Source: a virus (Duplodnaviria; Caudoviricetes). Taken from it: a DNA stretch of 34,157 nucleotides. The stretch is taken from positions 1 to 34,157 of the IMG/VR virus record IMGVR_UViG_3300017770_000065. One strand, written 5' to 3'. The translations under genes were made by a program, and so were the position numbers. The notes under the pieces were generated by a model, which had not been told where the DNA came from, did no database searches, and was given only the letters and a program-made list of their open reading frames with translations. Numbering within the stretch: position 1 is the stretch's first letter; every line of letters begins with the position of its first letter. Below, piece by piece: positions 1 through 8,720 of the stretch.

Positions 1-11
1 AAGTAGATAAA

Positions 12-452
12 ATGTATGATGATATTGCGTTCTTAAAGCGATATTTATTCAAAGGCCGAACTATCCGAAACTTTGATGGTAAAGATAGCAGATGGAAATT
101 TACAAGAACAAGTTATAAAACAACAGATGATTTTGTACAGAAAGTTTTTAATGGTGATAATTGGGAAGGCTACTTAATTGTAGTTGATAGTGTTTATTGC
201 TGTAGAACAAGAAAAGAACAAGTTGACTTCTTTAATAAGATACAAACGTTTATGATACAAAAGAATCTGAGAGAGCTATACGAGATGACTAGAAGGAAAG
301 AATACAGATATGGCAGATTTTATTATCATACTAAAGATATGTTCAAGAGAGCACTTAAAAAGTTCTTTGGTGAACGATCACCTCAATCAGATAAATGGTG
401 GAATGATTTTCTTGCATCCACTGACATTAGAGATTTAGACAAACACGTCTAA
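12..452 (+). CDS. hypothetical phage protein (146 aa)
   Basis: Open ORF with ATG and TAA, same orientation as the rest of the window; no recognisable motif. Confidence 0.7.
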   Translation: MYDDIAFLKRYLFKGRTIRNFDGKDSRWKFTRTSYKTTDDFVQKVFNGDNWEGYLIVVDSVYCCRTRKEQVDFFNKIQTFMIQKNLRELYEMTRRKEYRYGRFYYHTKDMFKRALKKFFGERSPQSDKWWNDFLASTDIRDLDKHV

Positions 453-461
453 ACTTTAAGT

Positions 462-473
462 GATATATAAATA
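462..473 (+). promoter_or_regulatory. late-promoter-like motif GATATATAA, containing T4-type TATAAATA (466-473)
   Basis: Intergenic, 18 nt before the ATG at 489; the motif recurs before many genes; TATAAATA is the T4 gp55 late promoter consensus. Confidence 0.65.
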
Positions 474-488
474 AAAATAAAGTATTTT

Positions 489-2216
489 ATGCCAATTTTA
501 TTAGCAGCTTTACAGGCTGGACAATCCGCAGCTAATTATGCATATGAAGCAGTTACCGATACTGGTGATTTTGTTTACAAGAATTTAGAAACTGGTTTTA
601 ATGAAAATTTTAGTGGTAAAATATCAGGTGCTAAAAACAATCCATCTGATTCTAATTTAGAATCTCAGTTAAGTGCTTTAGGTGCTTTATTTTCGGCACA
701 GGGTAATAGTGATATAAACGTTAAGAGCGACAAAGGATTATACACTGATAAAACTACATCTGCTAGATATAAGGGTAAAGATGGTAAAGAAAATATAGCC
801 GGCGAAGCCGCTGTAAGAAGTAAGCAAAACACTTGGTCTTTATTAAAATATAGAGGTGAAGGAAATAGTACTGACTATAACAAAGCAGTGTTAGGCGATA
901 GTAGAGGAGCTAATAATCAATATTTAAATCCAACTGCAAATGTTTTAATTGAAAAATGTAATAAATCTGCGAGTTACACATATAACTATAAAGACTTTGT
1001 TTTTGCTAAGTGGTATGGTAAAATACCGAATAACTACATGTTAACTTTAAGAAGGTTTCCTTTTCCAGCCGAAGATAATATCATAAACCCGATGGTTTAC
1101 AGTGCTAAAGAACAATCGGAAATAGCAAATATTCAACCTGCCCTTGCACAGGCTGTAACATGGATGGGAGAAAGTGCCGGTAATAATTTAAATGATATAT
1201 TAAAATTTAGTGTTGGTTTTAATTGGAAACAAGCAGATGCTAATCTTCAAGAAATAAATTCAAAGCCTAGAGATAGAGGGTTTGTAGGTGGTTTTTTAGA
1301 TGGACTTCCAAAATCTCAACAAATTCAAGGAGGTTTAGCGGGAGAGAGTGCTGCACAAACAAAAAGAAGACTTGCACAAGGAGACAATTGGGATCCTTTA
1401 AAACAAACATATCCTAATCATACATTTGCCCCACTTAATGTTATTAAAAGTATGCAAGTTAGAGAGAGTGGCTTAACATTTGATCAAAGCTTTAGTATAG
1501 TTTTTGAATATAATTTAAAAGGCATTCCAAATACAAGTCCTAAGGTTGCATTCTTAGATGTACTTGCTAATTTATTATTATTAACTTATAATAATGCTCC
1601 TTTTTGGGGAGGTGGTTTAAGATATACAGGAGGTGGTAAACATATTGGAAAACCTTTTGGAAATATTGGACTATTGAAAAAAGGAGATTATAAAGGATTT
1701 TTTGGTAGTATAATGAAAGACATTGGAAAGGGCTTTGGTAATATTATGGATGATTTATCTAAAATGGGAGATAGCAAGGCTTTAAATAATGTTCTAGGAG
1801 GTGGCTTAATGGATTTATTTGGTGGACCACAAGGTGGACAAATTGCTCAAGCATTTTTAACTGGTGAATCTACTGGACAATGGCATTTAACAGTTGGAAA
1901 TCCATTAAATCCTATTGCTGTTATTGGAAATTTAGGTTGTACTAAAACTGACTTTCAATTTGACGGGCCTTTAGGTTATGAAGACTTTCCAACAAAACTA
2001 AAAGTAACAGTTCAATTGCAACCGAATAGACCAAGAGATAAATCAGATATTGAATCAATGTTTAATGCTGGTAAAGGTAGATTATATTTACCAGAAAAAG
2101 GAGTAATAGATCCTACTGAATCATTTGATGTAAGTGCCTATGGTAATAAAGATAATGGACAAAATGCTCAAGCAAAAGCCTTCTTTAAAAAGGCTGCAAA
2201 ATATGCAAATGGATAA
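489..2216 (+). CDS. putative baseplate/tail-tube-fold structural protein (gp48-like cap, tentative)
   Basis: 575 aa; C-terminal beta-rich segment (TDFQFDGPLGYEDFPTKLKVTVQL) resembles tube-fold baseplate proteins; immediately upstream of gp53-like and hub genes; TAATG overlap with the next gene. Confidence 0.5.
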   Translation: MPILLAALQAGQSAANYAYEAVTDTGDFVYKNLETGFNENFSGKISGAKNNPSDSNLESQLSALGALFSAQGNSDINVKSDKGLYTDKTTSARYKGKDGKENIAGEAAVRSKQNTWSLLKYRGEGNSTDYNKAVLGDSRGANNQYLNPTANVLIEKCNKSASYTYNYKDFVFAKWYGKIPNNYMLTLRRFPFPAEDNIINPMVYSAKEQSEIANIQPALAQAVTWMGESAGNNLNDILKFSVGFNWKQADANLQEINSKPRDRGFVGGFLDGLPKSQQIQGGLAGESAAQTKRRLAQGDNWDPLKQTYPNHTFAPLNVIKSMQVRESGLTFDQSFSIVFEYNLKGIPNTSPKVAFLDVLANLLLLTYNNAPFWGGGLRYTGGGKHIGKPFGNIGLLKKGDYKGFFGSIMKDIGKGFGNIMDDLSKMGDSKALNNVLGGGLMDLFGGPQGGQIAQAFLTGESTGQWHLTVGNPLNPIAVIGNLGCTKTDFQFDGPLGYEDFPTKLKVTVQLQPNRPRDKSDIESMFNAGKGRLYLPEKGVIDPTESFDVSAYGNKDNGQNAQAKAFFKKAAKYANG

Positions 2217-3166
2217 TGAATTTTAAAACAGTTATAGATAAAATAGTAGAGGGTGGCAAATTAATATTAGCACAACCTACCTTTATTTTTAAAGATAAAG
2301 AAGAAGTACCATTTACAAAGTATGAGGTTAGAGCAGAAGATGCTGGTAGAATTGATCTCATTGCGTTAGACCAATACGGTTCCGATGATGGACCTGACGT
2401 TGAATACATTCTAAAATTTAATGGTATATCTGATCCATTTTCAATTAATGAAGGAGACATCTTAAAAATACCAGTTGAAAATTCTTTAATTGTAAAATTA
2501 GAAAGACCTGAAGGAGCAATTGATAATATAGTTAGACAATCCTTTGTAGGTGGTAAAAAATTAACTAAGAAAGATCAAAGAAGGCTTGACTTCCTTAAAA
2601 AGAAATATAAAATTAAAGAGGTTCTTCCACCTAACATGTTAAAATCTGGATTTAGCAATTCTGAAATAACTAAAAACCCAGACGGTACTACAACTACAAA
2701 AATGGGCATGGGTGTTGGAACTCCTGAATCTAATTTTTCAGCTAAGAAAAGTGAAACTAAAATATCTAAAGTAGAAGAGCAGTCAATTGCAGATTCTATT
2801 GTGAAGAAATTACAAAGTAATAAATCAGAACAATTAACAGATGCTGAAATTGCTAAAATAGAAAACAGTGGAATAATTTCAAAGGTAGTTACAGACATTG
2901 CAGGCAGTTCAGGCACTGTTAAATTAGCAACTACGTTTGACGGTACAGTAATAGGATCTGATGTTGCTTCATCTTCTAATTTTTCAACTAACATGTCAGA
3001 GGCAGTTGATGAAGATGGTAATAAAATAGGAAATCAATCTGTAAATCAGTCTGAACAGATTGAAGGTGATAAGGTAACTAAAACAGTTACTAAAACTATT
3101 GTAAAACCAGATGGCTCTTCTGAAACAACTCAAACTGTTACATTTTCTAAATACGAAGGAAAATAA
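2216..3166 (+). CDS. baseplate wedge protein, gp53/LysM (tail X)-like N-terminus with S/T/K-rich C-terminal extension
   Basis: YEVRAEDAGRIDLIALDQYG...ILKFNGISDPFSINEGDILKIP is the LysM-like pattern of T4 gp53/P2 gpX. Confidence 0.75.
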   Translation: MNFKTVIDKIVEGGKLILAQPTFIFKDKEEVPFTKYEVRAEDAGRIDLIALDQYGSDDGPDVEYILKFNGISDPFSINEGDILKIPVENSLIVKLERPEGAIDNIVRQSFVGGKKLTKKDQRRLDFLKKKYKIKEVLPPNMLKSGFSNSEITKNPDGTTTTKMGMGVGTPESNFSAKKSETKISKVEEQSIADSIVKKLQSNKSEQLTDAEIAKIENSGIISKVVTDIAGSSGTVKLATTFDGTVIGSDVASSSNFSTNMSEAVDEDGNKIGNQSVNQSEQIEGDKVTKTVTKTIVKPDGSSETTQTVTFSKYEGK

Positions 3167-3170
3167 TCAG

Positions 3171-3179
3171 GATAAATAA
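3171..3179 (+). promoter_or_regulatory. GATAAATAA late-promoter-like motif
   Basis: Intergenic; ends 3 nt before the ATG at 3183. Confidence 0.55.
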
Positions 3180-3182
3180 TAT

Positions 3183-4700
3183 ATGGAGTTAAATAATAAT
3201 ATATTGTCTGTAATAGAGCCTACAATTAGGCCTACTGATGTTGAGTTAGAAGGTGGAAATGAAGGAGATGGTGGAGATAAAACAACTAAAAGCTTTGGTG
3301 CAAACGTTCCTAGAATTATAATTAACGGTTACTTATTTGAAGAGTCAGACATATTATCATTTAAATTAACGGTTGGGATTAATAAAAAATATCCTACAAT
3401 TTCAATTACAGTAAAAGATAGCCAAGGTTTCTTTGATATAGATCAATACCCAAGAGACGGTGATGTAATTACAGCCTATATTAATTCTAAAAATCAGGAT
3501 ACCTTTAAAAGTATCCATATGGATTTTAATATTACATCAATAATATCGCCGACAATAGGGTTACCTAGTAGTGAAAAAGAATATAGTTTTTCAGGTAATT
3601 GTAAAGTACCTGGGTTATTTAGCGAGGATTGTGTATTTTTTAGTGAAAATACAAGTTTAGGCCATCTTGAAGAAATAGCATCTAAGTTAAAACTAGGTTT
3701 AGCAACGAATGTCGATGCCACAACGGATAGTCAAAATAGAATTCAACCTTATGATACTTCTTTAACATATATAGGAGATGTTGTTAATTCTTCATACATT
3801 AATGAAGAAAGCTTTCAAACTTTTTACATAGATCAATATTATAATTTAAACTTTGTAGAGATGAATCGTATTTTTAATTCTGAAAATGTAAGTATTGAAA
3901 GTATGCAAGAAAACTTTACATCTCTTTCTAAAAGCTATAGTGAAGATGCTAATAGTGAAAATGAAGATGATATAAAAACAAAACTATTTTTAACTAATAA
4001 TCTACAATTTGATAAAACTAATCTTAAAATATCTCAATTTGCATTAAAAAATAATTCAAGTAAAATATCATTATTAAATGGTTATAGGCGAGTATTACAG
4101 ATGTGGGATGGATTAGAAGAAAGCAATCCAAATCAATGGGATGCTGAAAGACTTATAGAGTTTGATGTAGAATCTTTTACTAGTAAAAACATTAGGGATG
4201 TTGAAGAGCCATTAAAGGGTAGAAGAGGAGAAAGTGAATATGATAATCATTCAAAATATAAATGGGTAGGTAGAATGCAAGACTATGCATTAGAAGGAAA
4301 TGTACATTTAAATAGAAAATACTCTATATTAAATAATTGGCAAAATTTACAAGAACTTGAAAAGATGAAACTTATTGTAGAACTTGATAGCTTTAACCCA
4401 AGTATTTATATGTGTCAAAAAATACCAGTAATGATGTATGTTTATGAGGAAAGAAAATCTCAAGTCATTGCTGCTAAAGAGGAAAAACTAAAGAAAAAAG
4501 GAGTAAAGGTAGATGACAAGGCATTTGATAGTAAAAACGAAGTAGAAGCTGAAGAAGCTCCAGTTAAGCAAGATGATTTTATTACTGGGCATTATATCGT
4601 AGGTGGAATAGAATATATATACTCAGATGGTGATCAAGCCCTAACGCAGAGATTAACTCTATTAAGAAGAGAATGGCCAACAAGAGCAAATAATTTATAG
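3183..4700 (+). CDS. baseplate hub protein (gp27/gpD-like)
   Basis: 505 aa; N-terminal PTISITVKDS..FFDIDQYPRDGDVI and C-terminal ITGHYIVGGIEYIYS...TQRLTLLRR match hub-protein end motifs; lies between the gp53-like and spike genes. Confidence 0.65.
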   Translation: MELNNNILSVIEPTIRPTDVELEGGNEGDGGDKTTKSFGANVPRIIINGYLFEESDILSFKLTVGINKKYPTISITVKDSQGFFDIDQYPRDGDVITAYINSKNQDTFKSIHMDFNITSIISPTIGLPSSEKEYSFSGNCKVPGLFSEDCVFFSENTSLGHLEEIASKLKLGLATNVDATTDSQNRIQPYDTSLTYIGDVVNSSYINEESFQTFYIDQYYNLNFVEMNRIFNSENVSIESMQENFTSLSKSYSEDANSENEDDIKTKLFLTNNLQFDKTNLKISQFALKNNSSKISLLNGYRRVLQMWDGLEESNPNQWDAERLIEFDVESFTSKNIRDVEEPLKGRRGESEYDNHSKYKWVGRMQDYALEGNVHLNRKYSILNNWQNLQELEKMKLIVELDSFNPSIYMCQKIPVMMYVYEERKSQVIAAKEEKLKKKGVKVDDKAFDSKNEVEAEEAPVKQDDFITGHYIVGGIEYIYSDGDQALTQRLTLLRREWPTRANNL

Positions 4701-4701
4701 A

Positions 4702-6009
4702 ATGTTAAAAGGAAATAAAAACAGATTTACAAAAGCTAAAGGAGGTCATCCATATGATGAACCTACCTTTTTAAGTTTTTTCTTAATATTTGATTGGACA
4801 GGTTCCGGCTCTCCGTTGTTTAATGGTAAAGCTGCTGCCTTTTTAAGAGACGTTTATGGAGATGAGGCTAGAGCTAAAAAGCTAGAACAGTTTGTAAAGT
4901 ATTTAAAAAAGATTAATTTAGAAATGCCATGGTTTTGGCAAAGTATTACAGGCCTAGAATCCGCACACTCTTATGGTGCAATGAAAGACCCTTATGGTTA
5001 TGCAGATGCTAAAATAGAAATAGACTGTTTAGACACTCTTGATTTTACAATTTCAGGTATATTTGATTTATATAGAAGCTGTGTTATAGACACTAATAGA
5101 TATGTCGAAGTTTTACCAGGTAATTTAAGAAAATTTAGGGTTTATGTGCATGTGCAAGAAATAAGAAACTTTGTACCATTTATTGGAGCTGATTCAAATG
5201 TAGATCAGGTTAAAAAATTAAAAGGAATGAGTGGAAAGGAAAGAAAAGAAGCATTAGATCAATTAACTAATATTTCAGCAGCTGATGGTTATAAAGCCGT
5301 GCAAGATAGATTAGACTCAGATCTCTTAGATTGGAAAGCTAAAGGCATGGGTCCAAGATTTGTTACACGTTTAGATAATTGTAAATTTGATTGGGATAAC
5401 GGTAGTAAAATGTTTAGTGAAATAAGCAATGTTGACATATCTGCCCCTGTAAAACATAAAATGTGTTTTTATTACCAAGGTGCAAGTATATCCGAAGTAG
5501 AATATTTAAATGCCTTTAATTATAAAGACGCAGATCCATTAAGTACATTTGACAATGATATTTTAAATGATCTCGCAACTAAAGGTCTTGCCGCGGCAGT
5601 TGACGCAGGAAATCAATTAGGTAATGCAGCGATTGGAGCAGCTGAAAGAACTTTAGATAATTTAAAAGGTAGACTTCTTTTAGGTAATGTATATGGTGCA
5701 AATACTCTATCGAACTTACAAGATGTTTTTAATTCAGGTTCTATAAACGCTATTAGACCACTGCTAGGAGGAGACGATCAAAGAATATTAGGAGGTGTAG
5801 GAGCAGATATTAGCGATAATCTTTTCCCAGCAACTAACCCTGAAGTTGCATTAAAAAGTACTAAAATATTTGATGAGACACTGGAAGAATCTCCACTAAG
5901 ATCTGACAATGTTTTTCCAGAAACTACTGAAGAATCTCCACTTGAATCTGATAACATATATCCTCAAAGAAGTAATGAAAGCGATGCTAACCTCGGAAAT
6001 GTAAGATAA
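4702..6009 (+). CDS. putative tail-tube-fold baseplate protein (gp54-like tube initiator, tentative) with C-terminal 15-aa repeats
   Basis: 435 aa; PWFWQSITGL...KIEIDCLDTLDFTISGIFDLY resembles a tube fold; position within the baseplate cluster. Confidence 0.45.
   Translation: MLKGNKNRFTKAKGGHPYDEPTFLSFFLIFDWTGSGSPLFNGKAAAFLRDVYGDEARAKKLEQFVKYLKKINLEMPWFWQSITGLESAHSYGAMKDPYGYADAKIEIDCLDTLDFTISGIFDLYRSCVIDTNRYVEVLPGNLRKFRVYVHVQEIRNFVPFIGADSNVDQVKKLKGMSGKERKEALDQLTNISAADGYKAVQDRLDSDLLDWKAKGMGPRFVTRLDNCKFDWDNGSKMFSEISNVDISAPVKHKMCFYYQGASISEVEYLNAFNYKDADPLSTFDNDILNDLATKGLAAAVDAGNQLGNAAIGAAERTLDNLKGRLLLGNVYGANTLSNLQDVFNSGSINAIRPLLGGDDQRILGGVGADISDNLFPATNPEVALKSTKIFDETLEESPLRSDNVFPETTEESPLESDNIYPQRSNESDANLGNVR
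5812..5991 (+). repeat. degenerate 45-nt (15-aa) tandem repeat, about 4 units
   Basis: SDNLFPATNPEVALK / STKIFDETLEESPLR / SDNVFPETTEESPLE / SDNIYPQRSNESDAN; GAAGAATCTCCACT occurs at 5884 and 5929, 45 nt apart. Confidence 0.8.
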
Positions 6010-6010
6010 T

Positions 6011-6157
6011 ATGAATGATAAAACTCAGTTAAAAATTATAGAATTTGCAAGAAACATAGTGTGTGGAAAGGTAATGGATTCGCCAGAAGACATTCAATTT
6101 TATTTAAATTATAGAGTAGAAATAGAAGAAACTCTAAGAAAGTGGGCTGAAGATTAA
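6011..6157 (+). CDS. small hypothetical protein (48 aa), absent from the ORF track
   Basis: ATG 1 nt after the previous stop; MNDKTQLKIIEFARNIVCGKVMDSPEDIQFYLNYRVEIEETLRKWAED then TAA; fills the intergenic gap. Confidence 0.65.
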   Translation: MNDKTQLKIIEFARNIVCGKVMDSPEDIQFYLNYRVEIEETLRKWAED

Positions 6158-6160
6158 CAG

Positions 6161-6169
6161 AATATATAA
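6161..6169 (+). promoter_or_regulatory. AATATATAA variant of the late-promoter-like motif
   Basis: Ends 3 nt before the ATG at 6173, with the same TAT-ATG context as at 3171. Confidence 0.45.
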
Positions 6170-6172
6170 TAT

Positions 6173-6895
6173 ATGAAGGCTGAAGAATTATATAAAGATA
6201 ATTTAAGGGACACTCATTGGTTGGGAAAGGTTGTTGATACTGCTGACCCTTTACTTGAGGGTAGATGTAGAGTAATGGTATATGGTAAGTTTGATAAAAT
6301 ACCAACTGAATCTATTCCGTGGGCAACATCTTCTAATAGCAATATGATAGGAACTTACTCTACCCCAAAGCTAGGAGATATTGTTTCTGTTAAATTTGAT
6401 AATGGAGACATTTACCACCCTGAATATACTTATACAATTAACAGCAATGATAGAAATACATTTAAAACAGAAATATTAGAAGCATTGGGCGCTGAGGAAG
6501 CCGTTAAAGCACAATCAATTGTATATGATGTTGATAATAAATTTAGAATATATTATGAACCAAATGAAGGTTTAATAGTTTCAATGGGTGATGGAATTAA
6601 AACAGAGCCTTTTATAAATGTAAAACAAACTGGTGAAATACATATCCACACCGATCAAGAAGGTAAGGTTGAAGTATTTACAGATGGAGACGTAGAAGTT
6701 AAAGGTAAAAAAGTTCATGTAAATAGTCCAAAGGTTGAGCTTGGTGAAATTGCACTTGAACAGGTAATTAAAGGAAATACTTTTCAAGCTTTATTTAACA
6801 CACATACTCACCTTGGAAATTTAGGAATGCCTACATCGCCTCCAACCGTACCTCTATCAGGAACAGAATTAAGTAAAATTAGTAAAACAGAATAA
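6173..6895 (+). CDS. baseplate central spike (gp5 N-terminal OB fold / gpV-like) with C-terminal HxH motif
   Basis: WLGKVVDTADPLLEGRCRVMVYG...IPWA...PKLGDIVSVKFDNGD is the gp5/VgrG OB-fold motif; beta-repeat region; FNTHTH at 6803-6811 resembles metal-binding spike tips; no lysozyme domain. Confidence 0.85.
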   Translation: MKAEELYKDNLRDTHWLGKVVDTADPLLEGRCRVMVYGKFDKIPTESIPWATSSNSNMIGTYSTPKLGDIVSVKFDNGDIYHPEYTYTINSNDRNTFKTEILEALGAEEAVKAQSIVYDVDNKFRIYYEPNEGLIVSMGDGIKTEPFINVKQTGEIHIHTDQEGKVEVFTDGDVEVKGKKVHVNSPKVELGEIALEQVIKGNTFQALFNTHTHLGNLGMPTSPPTVPLSGTELSKISKTE

Positions 6896-6897
6896 AA

Positions 6898-7422
6898 ATG
6901 GCATTAATAGATTTAGAATTAGAAGCAAGATTAAAACAAATATTTGGAAGTGTTATAAAAAGAACTGCACTTAGATTAAGAATAGAAGGAGGTGAAAGTA
7001 TTCTTAGAGATGATAAATTTCCACCTACCTCAACTAAAATAGATCATAAAGCTGATCAATTAATATCTCCACCTGCTGGTATATACAATGCTTTAAAAGA
7101 AGTAGATGAGTATGTTACTTTAAACAGACCTGCCCCTGGAGAATCTATTGATAAAATTAAGAAAGAAATGTGGAGAGAATTTTCAAGACAAATGTCAAAA
7201 GAACTTTCTGAAAATATAATAGATTGGCTTGAAAAAGATGTGATGCCAGATTTAGCTAAGGAAATTAACGATCAAATTAAGAGAGCTGACATTACAATTG
7301 ATGTTCATCCGGATGTTACTAGAGATATTATACCTGTAACACAGGCGACGCCAACTGGTCAACAACCTGCCGCTGATTTACCAGGTACTCCTATACTTCC
7401 GGCAGCAGTCAAGATAGAATAA
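6898..7422 (+). CDS. hypothetical protein, possibly spike/baseplate-associated
   Basis: 174 aa ORF starting 2 nt after the spike gene; Pro-rich C-terminus. Confidence 0.7.
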   Translation: MALIDLELEARLKQIFGSVIKRTALRLRIEGGESILRDDKFPPTSTKIDHKADQLISPPAGIYNALKEVDEYVTLNRPAPGESIDKIKKEMWREFSRQMSKELSENIIDWLEKDVMPDLAKEINDQIKRADITIDVHPDVTRDIIPVTQATPTGQQPAADLPGTPILPAAVKIE

Positions 7423-7429
7423 TTTAATA

Positions 7430-7438
7430 GATATATAA
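7430..7438 (+). promoter_or_regulatory. GATATATAA late-promoter-like motif upstream of the S1 gene
   Basis: Intergenic exact motif copy, 31 nt before the ATG at 7470. Confidence 0.6.
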
Positions 7439-7469
7439 TTCATAAGTTTTAACCTTTAAAAAATAAAAA

Positions 7470-8669
7470 ATGATAGAAAAACAAAATGCTGACTTTTTTG
7501 ATAAAGATGGCAATTTCGATTGGGATGGATATGAGTCAACATGTCCAAAAGTCTTAAGAACCCCAAACCCACACATAAAAGTAGTAAACGATAAGCATAA
7601 AGTATACAGTAGAGAGCCATATGCTCAGGACATGTATAATAAACTTGTAGGCCATATTGAAGAAAATGATATTATTACTCATATACAATATGGAAATGCT
7701 TATAATGGTAAAGTCTTTGGTATTACTGATATGACAGCAAGTATCGATATTGGTTATAGACAACTTGTTTATGTCAATTTAGAAAAAGAGGATGATGAAT
7801 TTAAAAACATGCAACTTGGAGATGAAGTTAGTGTTATTATTACATCATTAATGGAAGATGATAGAAAGCCTATAATGGGTAGTGTTAGTGAAGGTACTAA
7901 ACAGGCTACTTTCCAAGAGATGCTAAGTGCTATTGAAGAACAAGATACTGCATGGGTTGGTAAGGTTACTAGAATGCTGTCCGCTGCTGGTTATATGGTT
8001 AATATTAAAGGTATAGAGTGTTTTATGCCAGGCAGCCTTGCGGGTATTAATAAGTTACACGACTTTGAAAGTATTGTAGGGCAAGAGATGTATGTTGTAC
8101 CTGTTAGTTTTTCTAAAGAAAGAAAAATAATCGTTGTTTCCCATAGAGCATATCTTAAAACATTAATTCCGGATGCTATTGAAAAATTAAAAGAAATGGC
8201 TAGTGAATATATTATAGGAAATGTTACAGGTTCTGCTAAATATGGGGTTTTTTGTGAATTCTCACAATGTTTAACTGGTATGATTCATGTCAATGATTTA
8301 GATGGAGATACTTTAGCTAGACATAAAAATAGAGAAATTGAACCAGGTGAAGAAATTAAGTTTAAAGTAAAGGATATTATATCTAGCACTAAAATAACAC
8401 TAACTCAGCGAGATGATGTTGAAGTAAATCCTTGGTTAGAAATTAATAAAAAATTTAAAGTGCCTTCAGAGGTTGAAGCTACTGTAAAAACTTGTAAAGA
8501 CTATGGTTTATTTGTGGAGTTAGAAGAAGGAGTAGTTGGACTATTACATGTTAGTGAAATTGGCGAAGATAAAATAAAATCATATAAGCCTAAACAAACT
8601 ATTACTGTTTTAATTACTAAAATAGAAGAAGATACTAAAAAGATATTCTTAAAATTGCCTAAGGAATAA
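7470..8669 (+). CDS. rpsA: phage-encoded ribosomal protein S1 homolog (4 S1/OB domains)
   Basis: S1 repeats: GKVFGITDMTASIDIGY...LGDEVSV; GIECFMPGSLAG...IVGQEM...IVVSHRAYL; GNVTGSAKYGVFCEF..LTGMIHVNDL; NPW...DYGLFVELEEGVVGLLHVSEI. The N-terminal FDWDGYE resembles Bacteroidota S1. Confidence 0.85.
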   Translation: MIEKQNADFFDKDGNFDWDGYESTCPKVLRTPNPHIKVVNDKHKVYSREPYAQDMYNKLVGHIEENDIITHIQYGNAYNGKVFGITDMTASIDIGYRQLVYVNLEKEDDEFKNMQLGDEVSVIITSLMEDDRKPIMGSVSEGTKQATFQEMLSAIEEQDTAWVGKVTRMLSAAGYMVNIKGIECFMPGSLAGINKLHDFESIVGQEMYVVPVSFSKERKIIVVSHRAYLKTLIPDAIEKLKEMASEYIIGNVTGSAKYGVFCEFSQCLTGMIHVNDLDGDTLARHKNREIEPGEEIKFKVKDIISSTKITLTQRDDVEVNPWLEINKKFKVPSEVEATVKTCKDYGLFVELEEGVVGLLHVSEIGEDKIKSYKPKQTITVLITKIEEDTKKIFLKLPKE

Positions 8670-8679
8670 TTTAGGTAAT
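8654..8679 (+). other. 9-bp stem-loop spanning the S1 stop codon
   Basis: ATTGCCTAA (8654-8662) pairs with TTAGGTAAT (8671-8679) with one G-U pair; the 8-nt loop contains the TAA stop; no U-tract follows. Confidence 0.35.
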
Positions 8680-8689
8680 AAATAAATGT

Positions 8690-8701
8690 GATATATAAAT
8701 A
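8690..8701 (+). promoter_or_regulatory. GATATATAA motif containing TATAAATA (8694-8701)
   Basis: Intergenic, 22 nt before the ATG at 8721. Confidence 0.65.
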
Positions 8702-8720
8702 AATAATTATTTAATATTGC

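Noticed and set aside
7470-8669. Host chromosomal rpsA from a chimeric assembly
   Set aside because: It is divergent and four-domain, preceded by the same phage motif as its neighbours, and not flanked by any housekeeping genes.
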